Source of the DNA: Octopus sinensis
Taxonomy: Eukaryota
Direction: 5' to 3'
DNA: 64,000 bases
Assembly (NCBI RefSeq): GCF_006345805.1
Contig: NC_042997.1
Span: 51,522,001 to 51,586,000 of the forward strand
Shown here: one piece after another, positions 25,983 to 39,830 of the stretch
Layout: every line of letters starts with the position of its first letter
How positions within the stretch are numbered: the stretch's first letter is position 1
Position numbers and translations under genes: made by a program
Notes under the pieces: generated by a model
Seen by the model: only the letters and a program-made list of their open reading frames with translations
The model's database searches: none
Told to the model about the DNA's origin: nothing

Positions 25983-26191
25983 CAGTAATCCCTCAATTAT
26001 TGCAGGTGTTACGTTCCAAAACCTCCTGCGATAGATGAAAATCCATAAAGTAGAAACAATACTGTACTGTCTATTTTTAAAATTATTTTTATAATTTGTA
26101 TATATTTATTTTATTATAAATGCAGAACAACACCACAGAGGAATCGACGTAAGCTTAAATAATAAACCACGATAGGTGAACCGGATTACTG
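25983..26191. mobile_element. Tigger/pogo-type MITE
   Basis: TA|CAGTAATCC ... GGATTACTG|TA. Confidence 0.7.
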
Positions 26192-26210
26192 TATGTATTA
26201 ATTATGTATA

Positions 26211-26617
26211 GGCGCAGGAGTGGCTGTGTGTTAAGTAGCTTGTTTACCAACCACATGGTTCCGGGTTCAGTCCCACTGTGTGGCACCTTGGGCAAGTGTC
26301 TTCTACTATAGCCTCGGGCCGACCAAAGCCTTGTGAGTGGATTTGCTAGACGGAAACTGAAAGAAGCCCGTCGTATAAATGCATATATATATATTTGCAC
26401 GTGTGCATGTATGTTTGTGTGTCTGTGTTTGTCCCCCTAGCATTGCTTGACAACCGATGCTGGTGTGTTTACGTCCCCGTTACTTAGCGGTTCGGCAAAA
26501 GAGACCGATAGAATAAGTACTAGGCTTACAAAGAATAAGTCCCAGGGTCAAGTTGCTCGATTAAAGGCGGTGCTCCAGCATGGCCACAGTCAAATGACTG
26601 AAACAAGTAAAAGAGTA
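26211..26617 (+). mobile_element. SINE family 1, full-length young copy
   Basis: A-box-like TGGCTGTGTG, B-box GGTTCAGTCCC, internal microsatellite, 3' gaaacaagtaaaagagta. Confidence 0.9.
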
Positions 26618-29049
26618 TACATACATGTTCAAAATGCACTGGGTAGTCACTTACAACCAGCACCACACATGCATCCTGTTGGTGTGTGTTAAGTTTCATT
26701 TTAGTATGGAGGAATTTGTTTTAGCTAATGTGTCTAGTTGCATTTATAGTTAGTGTTAATGGTGTGTATGTGTCTGGTGAGTGTAACTCTATGGTGTTAA
26801 TCTCGCGTTTACTTGTACACGTGTGTAAATATATATGGAATATCAAGTCAATTTATAATTGCATGTGTGTGTATTTGTGCAGGCTGGTTGTTAAACAAGA
26901 TGGATGTAAGAAAGAATGAAGTAGAAGAGTGTAAGGGATGAGGCAGTTGACGTTTTATGAAGCTACCTGTGACAGGTTATATTACAGCCCACAGATTTCT
27001 GCACTTTTTGTTCCTTTGTCTGTGTGTGTGTGTGTATATCTTGGAGGTGGTGATTAGTATATGCTGTGCAGTGTATGTGTGCATTCTACTGTGTTTACAT
27101 TAGTATGTGTTGGTTTATTGTGTATGTATGTGTGAATATGGTTAATATAAAGTAAGTATTTCTTCATAATTTGCCATGCACATATAGATATGCACACATA
27201 TGTGATTGTTTGTATATATGTGTGTGCGTGTGTGTGCATGTGTTGAATATGTGTAGAGCTTGTCTTATTAACATTAGTGTATGCATTGTTACATCAGACT
27301 AAGTGTGTGTATGCAAGCTGGTATTGTTAATGTAATACACATATTTATAGGTAGCTTAGTTTGAATGTGTTTCCGTTCATATGCATTTGTGTGTGTATTG
27401 TATGTGTAGCATCTTATATTGGTGTTAGGATATGCTGAATTGAAGCATGCATGTACATTGCGTTAATATGGGTTTGTGGATGTATTTTTGAAACTTTTCT
27501 TATGCATATATATTTGCATGCATATGTGTGCATGTGAACATATATACTGTATGTGCACATTTGCAATCGTGTGAGTGTGTGTGACCTGAGGCTTATAGTA
27601 TTAGCTATAGTATTTACTTTTGTGTGTGTGTATGTGTGCATGCATGCGTTGGCATGGCAGTGTGTGAACTGGGTTACTATCTATGTATGTGTTTGTTTTT
27701 ATATGTGTGTGTCCTTTGTCGTTGGTTGGTGCAAAGGCAGTATTCTATTGAAGTGGGTGTGCGAGTATTTGGTAATTTTTTTTTTTTTGCATTTGTACCT
27801 GGCATATGTATTTATTGTATACACATGTGCTTTGGCTATCTATGTACAGTTAAGCAAGTTGGTGCATGTGTGTGTGTGTGTGCATGTGTCTATGACTATA
27901 GCAGAGCTGTTTGTGTAAGTTTTTATAAATATTTGCAGTGCTGTATCATTGTGTCAATAGATGGGTGTATGGGTATTTTTGTTTGTTAGGGGTTGGGGCA
28001 ACACAGGTTAATCAGCTTATGTGTATCTAGGGGTAGAGTGGTGTGCATCAGTAGTGTGTTGTAGTAGTGTGTGTCTATTGTGTGTTATGGTATATGGATG
28101 AGGTTAAATTGTAGCTTACATGCCTAGGTCTAGTCACTTAGTAATTGAGATCACTCTTGAGTGTTTAATGCTGATAGGTGGTGAATAATTTGGACTTTTT
28201 TTTATTGAATAGTGGTTCTTGGACAAATAAGATATGTATGGATATTTTATAACTGTGCATGAATTATGGGGCTTAAAGTTATTAGGATGTGATTAAGCTT
28301 TTGGAAATAATGCTCTATCAAAGCACATATGGGGTGTGGGTGTTCATAGAGTTGCCAGGTGTAGCTGGCAACTAGGAGTAAATGCTTGTGGACATTTCTA
28401 CTGTGTTTGACCGCCTTGTCTTTAATGATTGTAGAGAAGAGACGAGAGACATTTTATTAAGGAACTGTAATGAAGAACTAGAAAAACGTGAATTCTAATG
28501 TATGAAAAGTTATTAATGTTGGTTTTGTTGTATAAATAATACCTTCTACAATGTGTTTTATTCCTAAAATTACACTGATAAATCTCTGTCTTTTAAAACA
28601 AAAGTGTTGGGTTAAAGATAGAGATTAATTTAGGTTTTATTCAAAAGCCGCTTCTTATACAGAAAACATAATCTCATTATTTATCAGTAATAAGTATTTT
28701 CATTTGTTACTACTATTTAGTGTAACCCTTTTGATACCAACCCATCTGACGCCTCTGGTTTTATGATATAAATTTCTTGCTTAAATTAAAATCTTCCACA
28801 AAAAATTTCATGTTGGTTTATGTTCCAAACACCAGCTTAACAATGACATAGTTATCTCTCTAAACTCTCCATTATTTTCAAAATCAATCAAAACATAGTG
28901 TATTTTAACAAAAATATTGTTGATGAACGTCGAAAAATGTCAAAGCTGTTCACTATTAATAATATTTTGGCACTAGTAACATCATCTTAGGTAAGTTAAT
29001 TGTTTATATTGCTACAAAATTATTTCTTTTGGCAACTGTATGAAAATTA

Positions 29050-29330
29050 CATGCTTATATCATTGCATTTTAACTAGAAGCAAGGTATGTTAAAAACACA
29101 GAAGTAGAGCTTGAGGTAATCAGCTTGGGCCACAATTTGCAAAGATGGCCTGCTAGTGGAATAAATAAAGTTTAATAAAGGAAAGAAAAAATCTTCATAA
29201 AATACTGAAGAAATGCACACATTTTGATGGAACCTTGGAAAAATGGATGCAGGATCATAGGAAAGAAATTACTACAAAACTGATACGTTTCAGAAGCAAG
29301 ATAACTGGTAGGGTAACACTGATAGAAGCT
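29050..29330 (+). mobile_element. Possible pogo-type transposase N-terminal relic
   Basis: TLEKWMQDHRKEITTKLIRFRSK resembles a CENP-B-type HTH; broken frame. Confidence 0.35.
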
Positions 29331-32300
29331 TAATATTTTCATTTTATGTAACAAAATGGGTTAAATTTGTAGATAACTAACCTGACTTGAAAAATTTATG
29401 TTGAATCAGAGCTATCTTTTCTTAGAATTGCGTTTCTAAAATTTTGTTGCATTTTCCTCTTGAAAATCAATGTTCAAACAGTTCTTGAAAATTTTTTAAA
29501 TACAAGTTTAAACTGGTATCCATATTGTTGTTTATTTAAATGTCCACATTTGTATACATTTGTTTGATTGATACATAGAATTCTTTCCTATGGGAAATAT
29601 TTGAGATAAGTTATGTCAATTCAGCTAATTATTTTGTATTATCTTTTAAACATAATAGAGCATATTTAGGAAAAATATCTAGACTGTTGCCATTAATGTA
29701 CAAATTGTATAAACATGTTATAGGGTCAGATTTTAATATTGTTTGATATGATGATGGTGATGATGATGGGAAGAAAAATGGCAGAAGCCAAACAGTATTT
29801 AGTTTCGTCACTTAGTTGAAATCCTACCAGGATTGATTTTCCTATTCTTCACGTTGGAGTTGATAAATCGAAGTAGTAAGTGTGCAGTTCATGTTATTGC
29901 CTCTCCAGGTGGTCAGTGCTCAAATCAGTTTCTTGAAGCGAAATGGTATATGTTCTACACTAGCTTGCAATAAGGTTTTATATTCACTGCTCATCCATCT
30001 TTCTCCCCCCACCCATATTATATCACCTTTCAGTTTATACTTTATCTCTTGCATAGACAAGGAATCCTTTTGTTATCTATTATTCTGTCTGTCTCTCCCA
30101 CCATGACTACAATGGCCTCTGAACTAGACCCCTACCTCCATTATCTATCTGGCCTGCTTCACACACTTGCCACTTCTTGTCTTAACACACTCCCATTGTG
30201 TTTCACCTTCTAAATTACAACCACCACCACCAACAACAACAACTAAATATTTTGCCTAATCCTCCTCCTGAGCATCTATCTGGATTTACCTTCCTGCCCA
30301 CATCTTTCTTGTAGATGTTGACCTGCAGATGTTCAAACTGAACATTCAACCCACATCAATCTCACTAGTCTGGGAGGTTATGCAAAGGTCATATGTACTT
30401 CCCCTCTTCCTCTGATTAACTTATACAAAAGAAATCCATGAAATTATTGGCCTGTGCTGATAAAATGTTAGCTTTTCCACTGATATTTCTGTTTCAGTCA
30501 TTTGACATTTAACAGACTTAAATGTTACATCTGAAAAAAAGTATTAGCTTACACATTGTAAGAAAAAAATTCAATGACGGAGATGGTCGACACCTCTCAC
30601 TTGCATTGTGTTATAATTTTACAGGAAAAAAACTTAGATTTGTATTTATTTTTTAACTGAAAAAAGAAGTTAAGGAAATAAACATGCTATTAGGAATCGG
30701 ATACAAGCAAAACAAAATAACCAGTTTTTGACAGTGCTATGGTACTGACAGAACATTTTTATAAACAGCATTCAAATTGGATCTAAGTTAATGAGGACTA
30801 TATTTTAACTTCAGATATATGTTTGTTGTTTATGCATTAACCTGAACTTTATTACTTATTTAATGATCCTATATTTTGGTAACTGCTGCCATATTTGGCT
30901 AGATGTCAAGGATGCACCAAAGATGTTGGGGCAGTCATTTCCTCGGTCCAGTGTAACTAGATTAAGTTGGATAGGGAGGTGGAATTTTCTTTTTCCCTTT
31001 GAAATATTGGTTGTTATATCTATATAGTGTCTCACATAATGCAATTGGCTGGTGTGAGGATGGCTCTTAGAGTACAGCCTCTAAGAGATAGAATCCTCCT
31101 AATGTGTAGTTAATAGAATTTCGACACAGATTATGGTATGGAGACTGTAGGTGCATGTTTGTGGTTGAACAAAATTGTTAGAACATAGGACAAAATGCCT
31201 TGCAATATTTCTGGCATTTTGTATTTTGCATTCAATTTCTACCTATGAATTAAAATCCTGTAACCATGTAATTACTCCTCAAACACTGAGAGAAGCATCA
31301 AAATCGACTAATAACAGATTACAGCAGTGCCATTTCTCTTCAGACCTTTAATACAGTCATGTCATGGATGCAGGAGCTCTAAAGACCAAGCATTGTTGGG
31401 ATCAAATTTGTAACTCTTTCTCCACACTAACCAAACCAACTAGCAAACAGATCAAGATTTTCAGAAATCATGGAAACATCCCAGATGAGGAAATGCTACT
31501 GTTGCTGGCAACTTCTTCAACCAAATGTGTTATTTTACTACAGGGTTGTAATGTAAACCATCTGTTCCTGCTATTATAAAAACTTTTGACTACAATAAGA
31601 TTGTTTTTGTTCTACTAAATATATTTCCAAATAATTCAAAATTAATTTTTACTTAATATCTAGTGTATTATTTTGCACTAAGCTATCACATTTGTACAGA
31701 CTCTTTATTTTATATGAATTAATCAATATTGATATGAGAATAAAGACACATTATAATATGAGTTGATGCCTCAACTAGTTCATTCAAACTGCTGAAATAT
31801 TTTTTTGTAACACGAATATTAGAATTTGACATGAATTAGAATATAGATAGGCTTCAGTGTGACTACTTTTTTATTCCATTGGTGCATTAATGAATAATTT
31901 CCTAACCAGTTGAACAGCTCTCTTTTCTATCTAGTTAAACAACTTCCTCATGATGAGAAACTGTTTGATTTTGAATTAATCTTAGTGAAAAATTTTACTA
32001 GAGAATTTGTGCCACCTATTTATTTCTGCATGGCCATATGATTAAAGATTTAATTTTATAATGAGATATGATTCATAATAGATGTATGTATCATACTTTC
32101 AAGTTATTTTAAAAATCTTTATTGTTTTAATCATTGTACCAATAATCATTAATTTTGCTGTACAAAAAGATAGCATTGTGGCTTTCTGGGTAAATATATT
32201 CTTATTTTATAACATCAAAATTTATAGAGATTTCATAATTATCTTTTCCAACCATCTAATAAGAATTTGATTCTGTTTGTCTCATGATAACACCATCAAT

Positions 32301-32423
32301 TCAGTCTAATTACCTTAACAGTAATGTGTTCTTGTTTTTTTTTTGTTGTTGTTGGGTTTTTTTGTTGTTGTTTTTTGTAGTGGTGGTGGTAGGCTTGTTT
32401 TCAGTATCAAGAACATCTCATAC

Positions 32424-32514
32424 AATCTTTCTGATAACACTGTCCAGAAAGATAGGATATTTGTTGGTTTAATTAAGGTGTAGAACTTGTGGCCTCTAGG
32501 CCCTAAATTGCTAC
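32424..32514 (-). CDS. Candidate exon (xSNLGPRGHKFYTLIKPTNILSFWTVLSER)
   Basis: ttttaatttcttccattag| 91 nt, single open frame |gtatga. Confidence 0.3.
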
Positions 32515-32984
32515 CTAATGGAAGAAATTAAAATTTTGTATGAAATACATTTTTCTTGATCACACTGCATTACATTTATTCTAATGTTCTTAAATTGTCG
32601 CAAAAATATTTACATTAACAAATTTACATTTTTATTTCTTATGTTGATATTTATAATTACATTTTTGCAATAAATGTAATTTTACATTTTTACAATTTAA
32701 GTTAAACATACTGTAAATTCACAGTAACTTTCAAAATCTAATTTGCATTCATTGTGATTTCCATCTTCAACTTTGTTCAGTTCTTTGTCATTTCCAGTCT
32801 ACATTAAAATAACATACAGATGAGTTTTCATTATTTTTGCATTGCTGTTATTAGTTTTTGCTCTTGTTATTGTTTATTTATCATAGGTATTTTGTATTTG
32901 TATGCAATTAAGTATTGTTTTTTTTGTGTTGTTGTTATTGTTGTTCATGTGTGTGTGTAGTGGGTATAGGTATGTGATGCATAT

Positions 32985-33170
32985 GGATTACAAGAGTTGC
33001 ATAAAAAGTGCTGAGAGCTCAAAGTGGATGGGGCCTGTGAGAGAGGAAGAACAAGAAAGACATAGGGTGAAGCTGTGAAAACTGATCTGAAGGTGCTGAA
33101 CCCCACAAAAGAGATGACAAATAACTGTGATAATTGGTATACTGTACTGGAGAAAACTTGCACTTTTGGG
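32985..33170 (+). mobile_element. RTE C-terminal relic
   Basis: Decayed equivalent of EGTCGRGRPRKTWDEVVKHDL. Confidence 0.55.
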
Positions 33171-33748
33171 CAAGTATTACAGAGATAATGCTATTGATGG
33201 CTGGGATATTCTTGTTGCCTTCACCCATTGTTCTCCCCTGTCTCTCTTTTACTCTTTTCTCTTTCGCATCCCTGCCTTAGGATGTTTTCAGTGCATTCAT
33301 CCTCAACTCTCTACTCACCTTTATTGTACCCTCCTCCCTTTTCTATCTAGGCTTCTTTTTTTTAATTTTTACTCATTGATCTCCCTGCATTTACCTACTG
33401 TTCCACTCTGCTCTTACTGTCTTTTCTACACAGCCTGCCTGGGGTGTTTTCTTTCCCTCATTACTTTTGCTGCATTCACTCACTGCTCTCCCGCCCTCTG
33501 CCTCTCCTTTTTCCATTGTCCTAACCCCACACCATCATTTCAACATGCATCTCTCCTCGAGCCAACTTCTATGACCCACCCCACCCCATCCCCACCCCTG
33601 GCCGCTGCTCATAACACTCCCTCACTAATCCCTGAATTCTCATCTTCCCTTTCATGTTACCTTCTCATCTCACTTTCTGCTCATACTTGCCCATGTTATG
33701 TGGTATAACACTATATCACCTCTACACAACCCAACTCATCACCCTTAC

Positions 33749-33802
<54 letters not shown>

Positions 33803-34221
33803 AATCTGGACACTAATCCCTTCCTTCTTTCCCCTATCCTTTTCATACTTTCTCCTCCAACAGTGTCTACTCTGTTTTTTCCTCCATTAACACCCTATCA
33901 CAACTGTAAGTCTGCATCTCATCATACCTAACTCCCTCTCTCATCACCTTGCCTAACATCATCACTTTCTCTTATTTCTCTTTCAGTTGAGGGACCCTCT
34001 AGACTTTAGTCTTACAAATTGCTAAGGCAATTACTCTAATGCTGGTGCCATAAAATAAAGCACCCAGTACACTTTGTAAAGTGGTTGGCATTAGAAATGG
34101 AATCCAGTGTAGAAATCATACTGTATCTGAAATATTGGAGAAGGATACTGTCCATCATCATTGATTCAGTTGTATCATGCAAGCCATGTCAGGGTAGAAA
34201 TATGCATAAAAGGATAAGGAT

Positions 34222-34767
34222 TAAGGTGTGGATATGTGGTAAGAAGTTTACTTTTTGACCACATAGTTCCAGGTTCAATCCCACTGCATGGCACCTCAGG
34301 CAAGGGTCTTCTACTATAGCTTCAGGCCAACAAAAGCCTTGTGAGTGGATTTGGTAGATGGAAACTGAAAGAAACCTGCCATGTATGTATGTGTATATAT
34401 ATATATATATATATATCATCATCATCATCATCATTTAAAACCCGCTTTCCATGCTGGCATGGGTTGGACGATTTGACTGAGGACTGGCAAACCAGATGGC
34501 TGCACCAGGCTCCAATCTGATCCTGGTGCAGCCATATATATATATATATATACTCTCTCTTTACTCTTTTACTTGTTTCAGTCATTTGAATGTGGCCATG
34601 CTGGAGCACCGCCTTTAGTTGAGCAAATCGACCCCAGGACTTATTCTTTGTAAGCCTAGTACTTATTCTATCGGTCTCTTTTGCTGAACCACTAAGTTAT
34701 GGGGATGTAAACACCAGCATCAGTTGCCAAGCAATGTTGGGGAGGACAAACACAGACACACAAACAT

Positions 34768-34808
<41 letters not shown>

Positions 34809-34921
34809 CAATATGCTATAGGTATTTGTATATATGAATTTTGTTGGGGAGGACAAACACAGACACACAAACATACACACACAAGCAATGTTGGGGAGGA
34901 CAAACACAGACACACAAACAT

Positions 34922-34968
<47 letters not shown>

Positions 34969-35000
34969 ATATGCTATAGGTATTTGTATATATGAATTTT
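34222..35000. mobile_element. Cluster of SINE head, RTE tail and SINE tail, with a local tandem duplication
   Basis: SINE head 34222-34400(+), RTE tail 34415-34531(-), SINE tail 34553-34790(-); duplicated unit 34731-35000. Confidence 0.8.
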
Positions 35001-36724
35001 TTTTTTGTGATTAGCAATTAGATTTGAAATTGTTGAGTGTGTTCTAGTGTATATGATTTTTTCTAAATCATTCACTATGAGCAGGTGTCATTCTGTTACC
35101 TTCTTTTCTCAACTAATGTTTATTATGTTCATAAATTACACATTAGTAAATCTAATCAATATATGTATAAGATGTTATGTGTCATCTATATACATTTAAT
35201 ACACTGTACACACACATAGGTGCAGGAGTGGCTGTGTGGTAAGAAGCTTGCTTCCCAACCACACAGCAGGTGTTGAGACAGTCCAGGTGGGTACTGGTGC
35301 CTAAGGGGGCAGTAGAAAAAAAAAGGAGGCATTGGGAGGAAGGCAGTGGATTGGGGGATGCTATGAATTTATGATATTATTATAGTATTGTATACAAATT
35401 ATGTAATATTATATTAGATATCAAATGATTCGTAGTATATATAAATTATTTAAATATAAAATATTTATTTATACATAAAATAGGGGTGGGGGTGCTGAGG
35501 AGATTATGTGGCTATGAGGGTATTATGTGGCTAGTTGATTTACTTACTACATAGCATGCATGTTTGCTTGCTTTAAGCAGAAAACAATTGAAATTATAGA
35601 TTGAAAATTCAAGGTGTATTAATCCCTCCTTATATATCTGTTCAAGAAATATTGTTCCCCAGGAACTTTTGCAGTAAATGTGAATAATAATACTAATTAT
35701 GTACATTTGTGGCTTTTGCACTGAATGTGTCAAATATGTTGTAAATGTGCATTTTTTTTTATGAAGTAAACCTTCTGTTCCTTGAAATCTTAGAAAATAG
35801 ATGTAACCTGTTTGTAAGATCATACTCTTTTACTTGTTTCAGTCATTTGACTGCGGCCATGCTGGAGCACCGCCTTTAGTCGAGCAAATCGATCCCTGGT
35901 CTTATTCTTTGTAAGCCCAGTACTTATTCTATCGGTCTCTTTTGCTGAACCGCTAAGTGATGGGGACATAAACACACCAGCATCGGTTGTCAAGCAATGC
36001 TAGTGGGACAAACACAGACACACAAACATACACATATACCTATATATAGATATATACATCCAGCCATAGAAACCATGCCAGAACAGAAAATGGAACCTGG
36101 TGTGACCCTTGACCATACCAGCTCTGGTCAAACCATCCGACCCATATCAACATGGAAAGCAGACATTAAATGATGATGATGATGATGATGTACTACATTT
36201 GTGAAATTAGGTAGAGCATTTATTGAAGAAAATAACTTAATGTAGAATAATGAGCGAATCATTGACAACAACATATTGTGCTTATTGAAAGTAATCAAGT
36301 CTGTATAATATTTGGGGAGTGATACATATAATTTTCTTATTTTCCTGTTATTGTCACATCTTTATTTACATACCATTAGCAATTTTTATCATGTACATTT
36401 TTTTTCAACAATATATCTTTTTCAATGCTCTAAAGATTCTGCTAGCTAACTGCCTTTAATAATGATAATTTTTTCTTTATTATCCACAAGGATTTGAAGA
36501 GATAAACAAAATACAAAACTATACATATGCACACATATATTTGCATGCAAATAAATACAAAATGGATACAAAAAGCACTGTAATTATAACAAGATATGAT
36601 TAAAAGGAACTAAATCTGAAAGATTACAGGCTATGTAGAATTCTGGCACTCCATGACCATGTTATTTAACTAGTTCTTTAACTCTGAACAAGTATGCATT
36701 TTTTTGAGACATTTGGTGTTGAAA

Positions 36725-37390
36725 AATGTCAACATTTTCAAAGTATTGGACTGCACTTAAATGTTAAGAAAACTGAATACGTCTTTCAACCAATCAAATG
36801 ATGCTGAACTGTTTGTTTTGAGCAGTTACAAACTGAATGTTGTTGAAAACTTCAAGTACTTAGGTGATTGGGTGAACAGTTCAGAAGCAGACATCAAGAT
36901 CAGGAAGGTACAAGCATGGACAGCCATTCACAAACTAAATAAGGTCTGGAACTCCAAATTGCCCAGGTGAATCAAAATCAAGTTGTTCATTGCAACTGTA
37001 GAATCAGTGCTATTATATGGTAGTGAAATATAGATACTGACAAAAAATTATCAAACTGGCTAGATGGCTGCTACACAAGAATGCTATAAATGGCCCTAAA
37101 TGTGAAATGGCAGCAACACATGACAAATGAATGCCTTTATGGATATCTGCCAAAAGTTAGTGAAAAGATCAGGCAAAGACAGCTATGACTGTCTGGTCAC
37201 TGCATGTGCCACCCTGAACTGGAAGCATCCAAATTAGTCTCGTGGAACCCACTTCATAGTGACATAAGAAGAGGAAAATATCATCATACCTACATTAACA
37301 ACTTCATTGAAGAAACTGGCCTGGAGTGTATCCAGGACCTCAAGGTTGTGATGTTGGACCGAGAAATGTAGCAGGTGAACTTTGTTGCTG
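36725..37390 (+). mobile_element. RTE/RTEX-like LINE, RT C-terminal relic of a second family
   Basis: VVENFKYLG..DIKIRKVQAW...KIKLFIATVESVLLYGSE...DGCYTRML..ALNVKWQQHMTNE; stops. Confidence 0.75.
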
Positions 37391-38671
37391 TAGTCCAGGT
37401 TGGAAACTGGCCGTAATAATAAATTTTCAGAGTATTCTGTTTCAAGTTCAGTGTAATGTCTTACTTCTAATTTTACTAAAAATCTATCTTCTTCATGTTT
37501 ATATACTGTTTTTGTGTTATTCTGACTTCTTCAAAAAGTTCAGAAAGAAACCACTGCATCAGCACTGACTGTTTCACCAGTCATTTATTAACATTGAGCA
37601 AATTCAAGCAGTTTTTATATCTTTCATACTAGCCTTTACTAATCAGAGAAAGTTTTTTTCTTCTGCAAATTATTTTACAGACTTTTTTTTTAAATGACAA
37701 TTTTGATTGTCAGCACATTACATCACATCTTATCTTTGCTCCATACACTCAAAGTGCCATTCCATTTTAAGCATCATATTAATCTATGAAAAAATTTAAG
37801 ACCAAACAATTAATGGAGTGGCCTCTTGAGCACTTGATTTTATTTCTTCTGTTTTCATGCATTGTTTCCACTAGATAGTACAAGCTTTAATGTTTTGGAA
37901 AACCTCTTAAAACATCACATCAAGGTTTTTACCACATTTAATATCCAGTGTAATCCCTTTATGGTTCCACTTCACTCTTGTGCTTTCAGTTCCACTTGCT
38001 GGCATTTTTTTTTTGAGATATCTTAAATTGTAGGTAAATCCAAAGGTGGTGGTGATCAACAACTATCCACAACAAATGTGTAGTATATGTAGTAAAAGGA
38101 CTAGCACCATGTAAGAATTGGTTTGTGAGAGCAAAATACTGAATTTGGATGTAAGAAGTTAAATGAGAAACTGAAAGTGAGATTGAAGGAACTATATGAT
38201 TACATTTAGTTGAATGTTGCCAAGTGCATGGGCACTTCACCCCTTGCATCTCTGTCTTAAACCATAAGAACTCCACTGTGTGCATACATACATTCATACA
38301 CGCACACCATTGTGTTGACATACAACATATATAGCTACAGACATTGCTATTGTACTGATGCTTTTATTGTTGTTACCAGTTGGTGGTATTGGTTGTATTG
38401 ATTTTTTTTTGGTGATGGTAATGGTGGTAGCAGTGGTCAGTGTTCTTACTATTTGTGGTTGCTGATTAGCCTCAAATCAATTATCAACTGAATATCAAAG
38501 ATATTTCATTCAACTTTTAAAATGCACGAGGATGCCACAATATCTCATGCCATTGTCTTTTATTTTAGACTGAGTTGATTATCTTATCCATACTACTATT
38601 ACTGGTGTTGTTGGTAAAGGCAGTTTATTGTAATAGATTTGGTGTTGGTATTGAGAAATAGTAGTGGTGAT

Positions 38672-38704
<33 letters not shown>

Positions 38705-38833
38705 AAGAGAGAGAGAGAGGGAAAAAGAGAGAGACTCATTGTGACCTAAGAAAATATGTACTAGCACCAATAATTAGTGTAGAATTTGATTCTACATTAC
38801 TTTGTGTGTATGTGTGCATAGACACACACACAG

Positions 38834-38867
<34 letters not shown>

Positions 38868-39620
38868 GTGTGTGTATTGTGATTACATTTTTGCAAATTG
38901 TTAATTATACTTTAATCTTAGCTAAAACAAGGAACAGCCTTTTGGCTAAGGAGAAAGTATAGTTTTACATTGTTAAAAGTTTATCCGTGTTACTTTAAAG
39001 ATGGAATTATTGACCATATCCCAAAATTAGTAATCATATATGAAGAGGTATACCCAGGAAGGCATGGGACAAGGTGGTGAAGCCTGATCTTTGACTGTGA
39101 GGTCTCAAGGAAATGATGACAAGTGATCATGACCTCTGGCAATTTGCTGTGCTCGAGAAGACTTGTCAAGCCAAGTGAAACTGTAGTTGTGGCTGGTGCT
39201 GGTGACACATAATGGCTTTCATGCTGGTGACACATAAAAGCACCCATGCTGGTACTCTTGAAGTTGTTGGCATTAGAAAGGGCATCTGGCCATAGAAACC
39301 AAGCCAAATTCAGACTGGAACCTGGTATATATATATATATATCATCATCATCATTTACAGTCCATGTTTCATGTTGGCATGGAGTGGATAGTTTAACAGG
39401 ATCCAATATGTCCAAGGACTGCATCAAGTTCCATTGTCTGCTTTGGCACGTTTTTTACAGCTGGATGCCCTCCCTAATACCAATCACTTTACAGCATGAA
39501 CTGAGTGCTCCTTCATGTCTCCTGCAAGCTTATTAAACACACAGCTATGCCTGTGCCTATATACATATATATATATGTGTGTGTGTGTATAGAGTGTTAG
39601 GTGTGGTGTACAGAAATTGA

Positions 39621-39813
39621 ATATTGAGAAAAAAGTCATCAGAATTTTGGAAAAATAATCTTTTTATTTCTTCATTATTATTAGTGCTTTTGTTTGTTTC
39701 TCAAACTTGTCAAATTCTATTTGACAAGTTCGAAAAACGAACGAAAGTGCTAATAATAATGACGAAATAAAAAAGATTTTTTTTCCAAATTCTGATGACA
39801 TTTTTCTCAATAT
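39621..39813. repeat. 193-bp foldback (about 95-bp arms, 3-nt loop)
   Basis: atattgagaaaaaagtcatcagaatt...aacttgtcaaat-tct-atttgacaagtt...aattctgatgacatttttctcaatat. Confidence 0.9.
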
Positions 39814-39830
39814 ATATATATATATCAAAT

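Noticed and set aside
26211-26290. tRNA-like A/B boxes (also at 5567, 63051 and others)
   Set aside because: SINE heads: no cloverleaf, and they continue into SINE bodies
30601-30656. Minus-strand splice-bounded 56 nt (LKNKYKSKFFSCKIITQC) with a nearby acceptor at 30530
   Set aside because: Very AT-rich, the join gives an immediate stop, and it does not fit neighbouring phases
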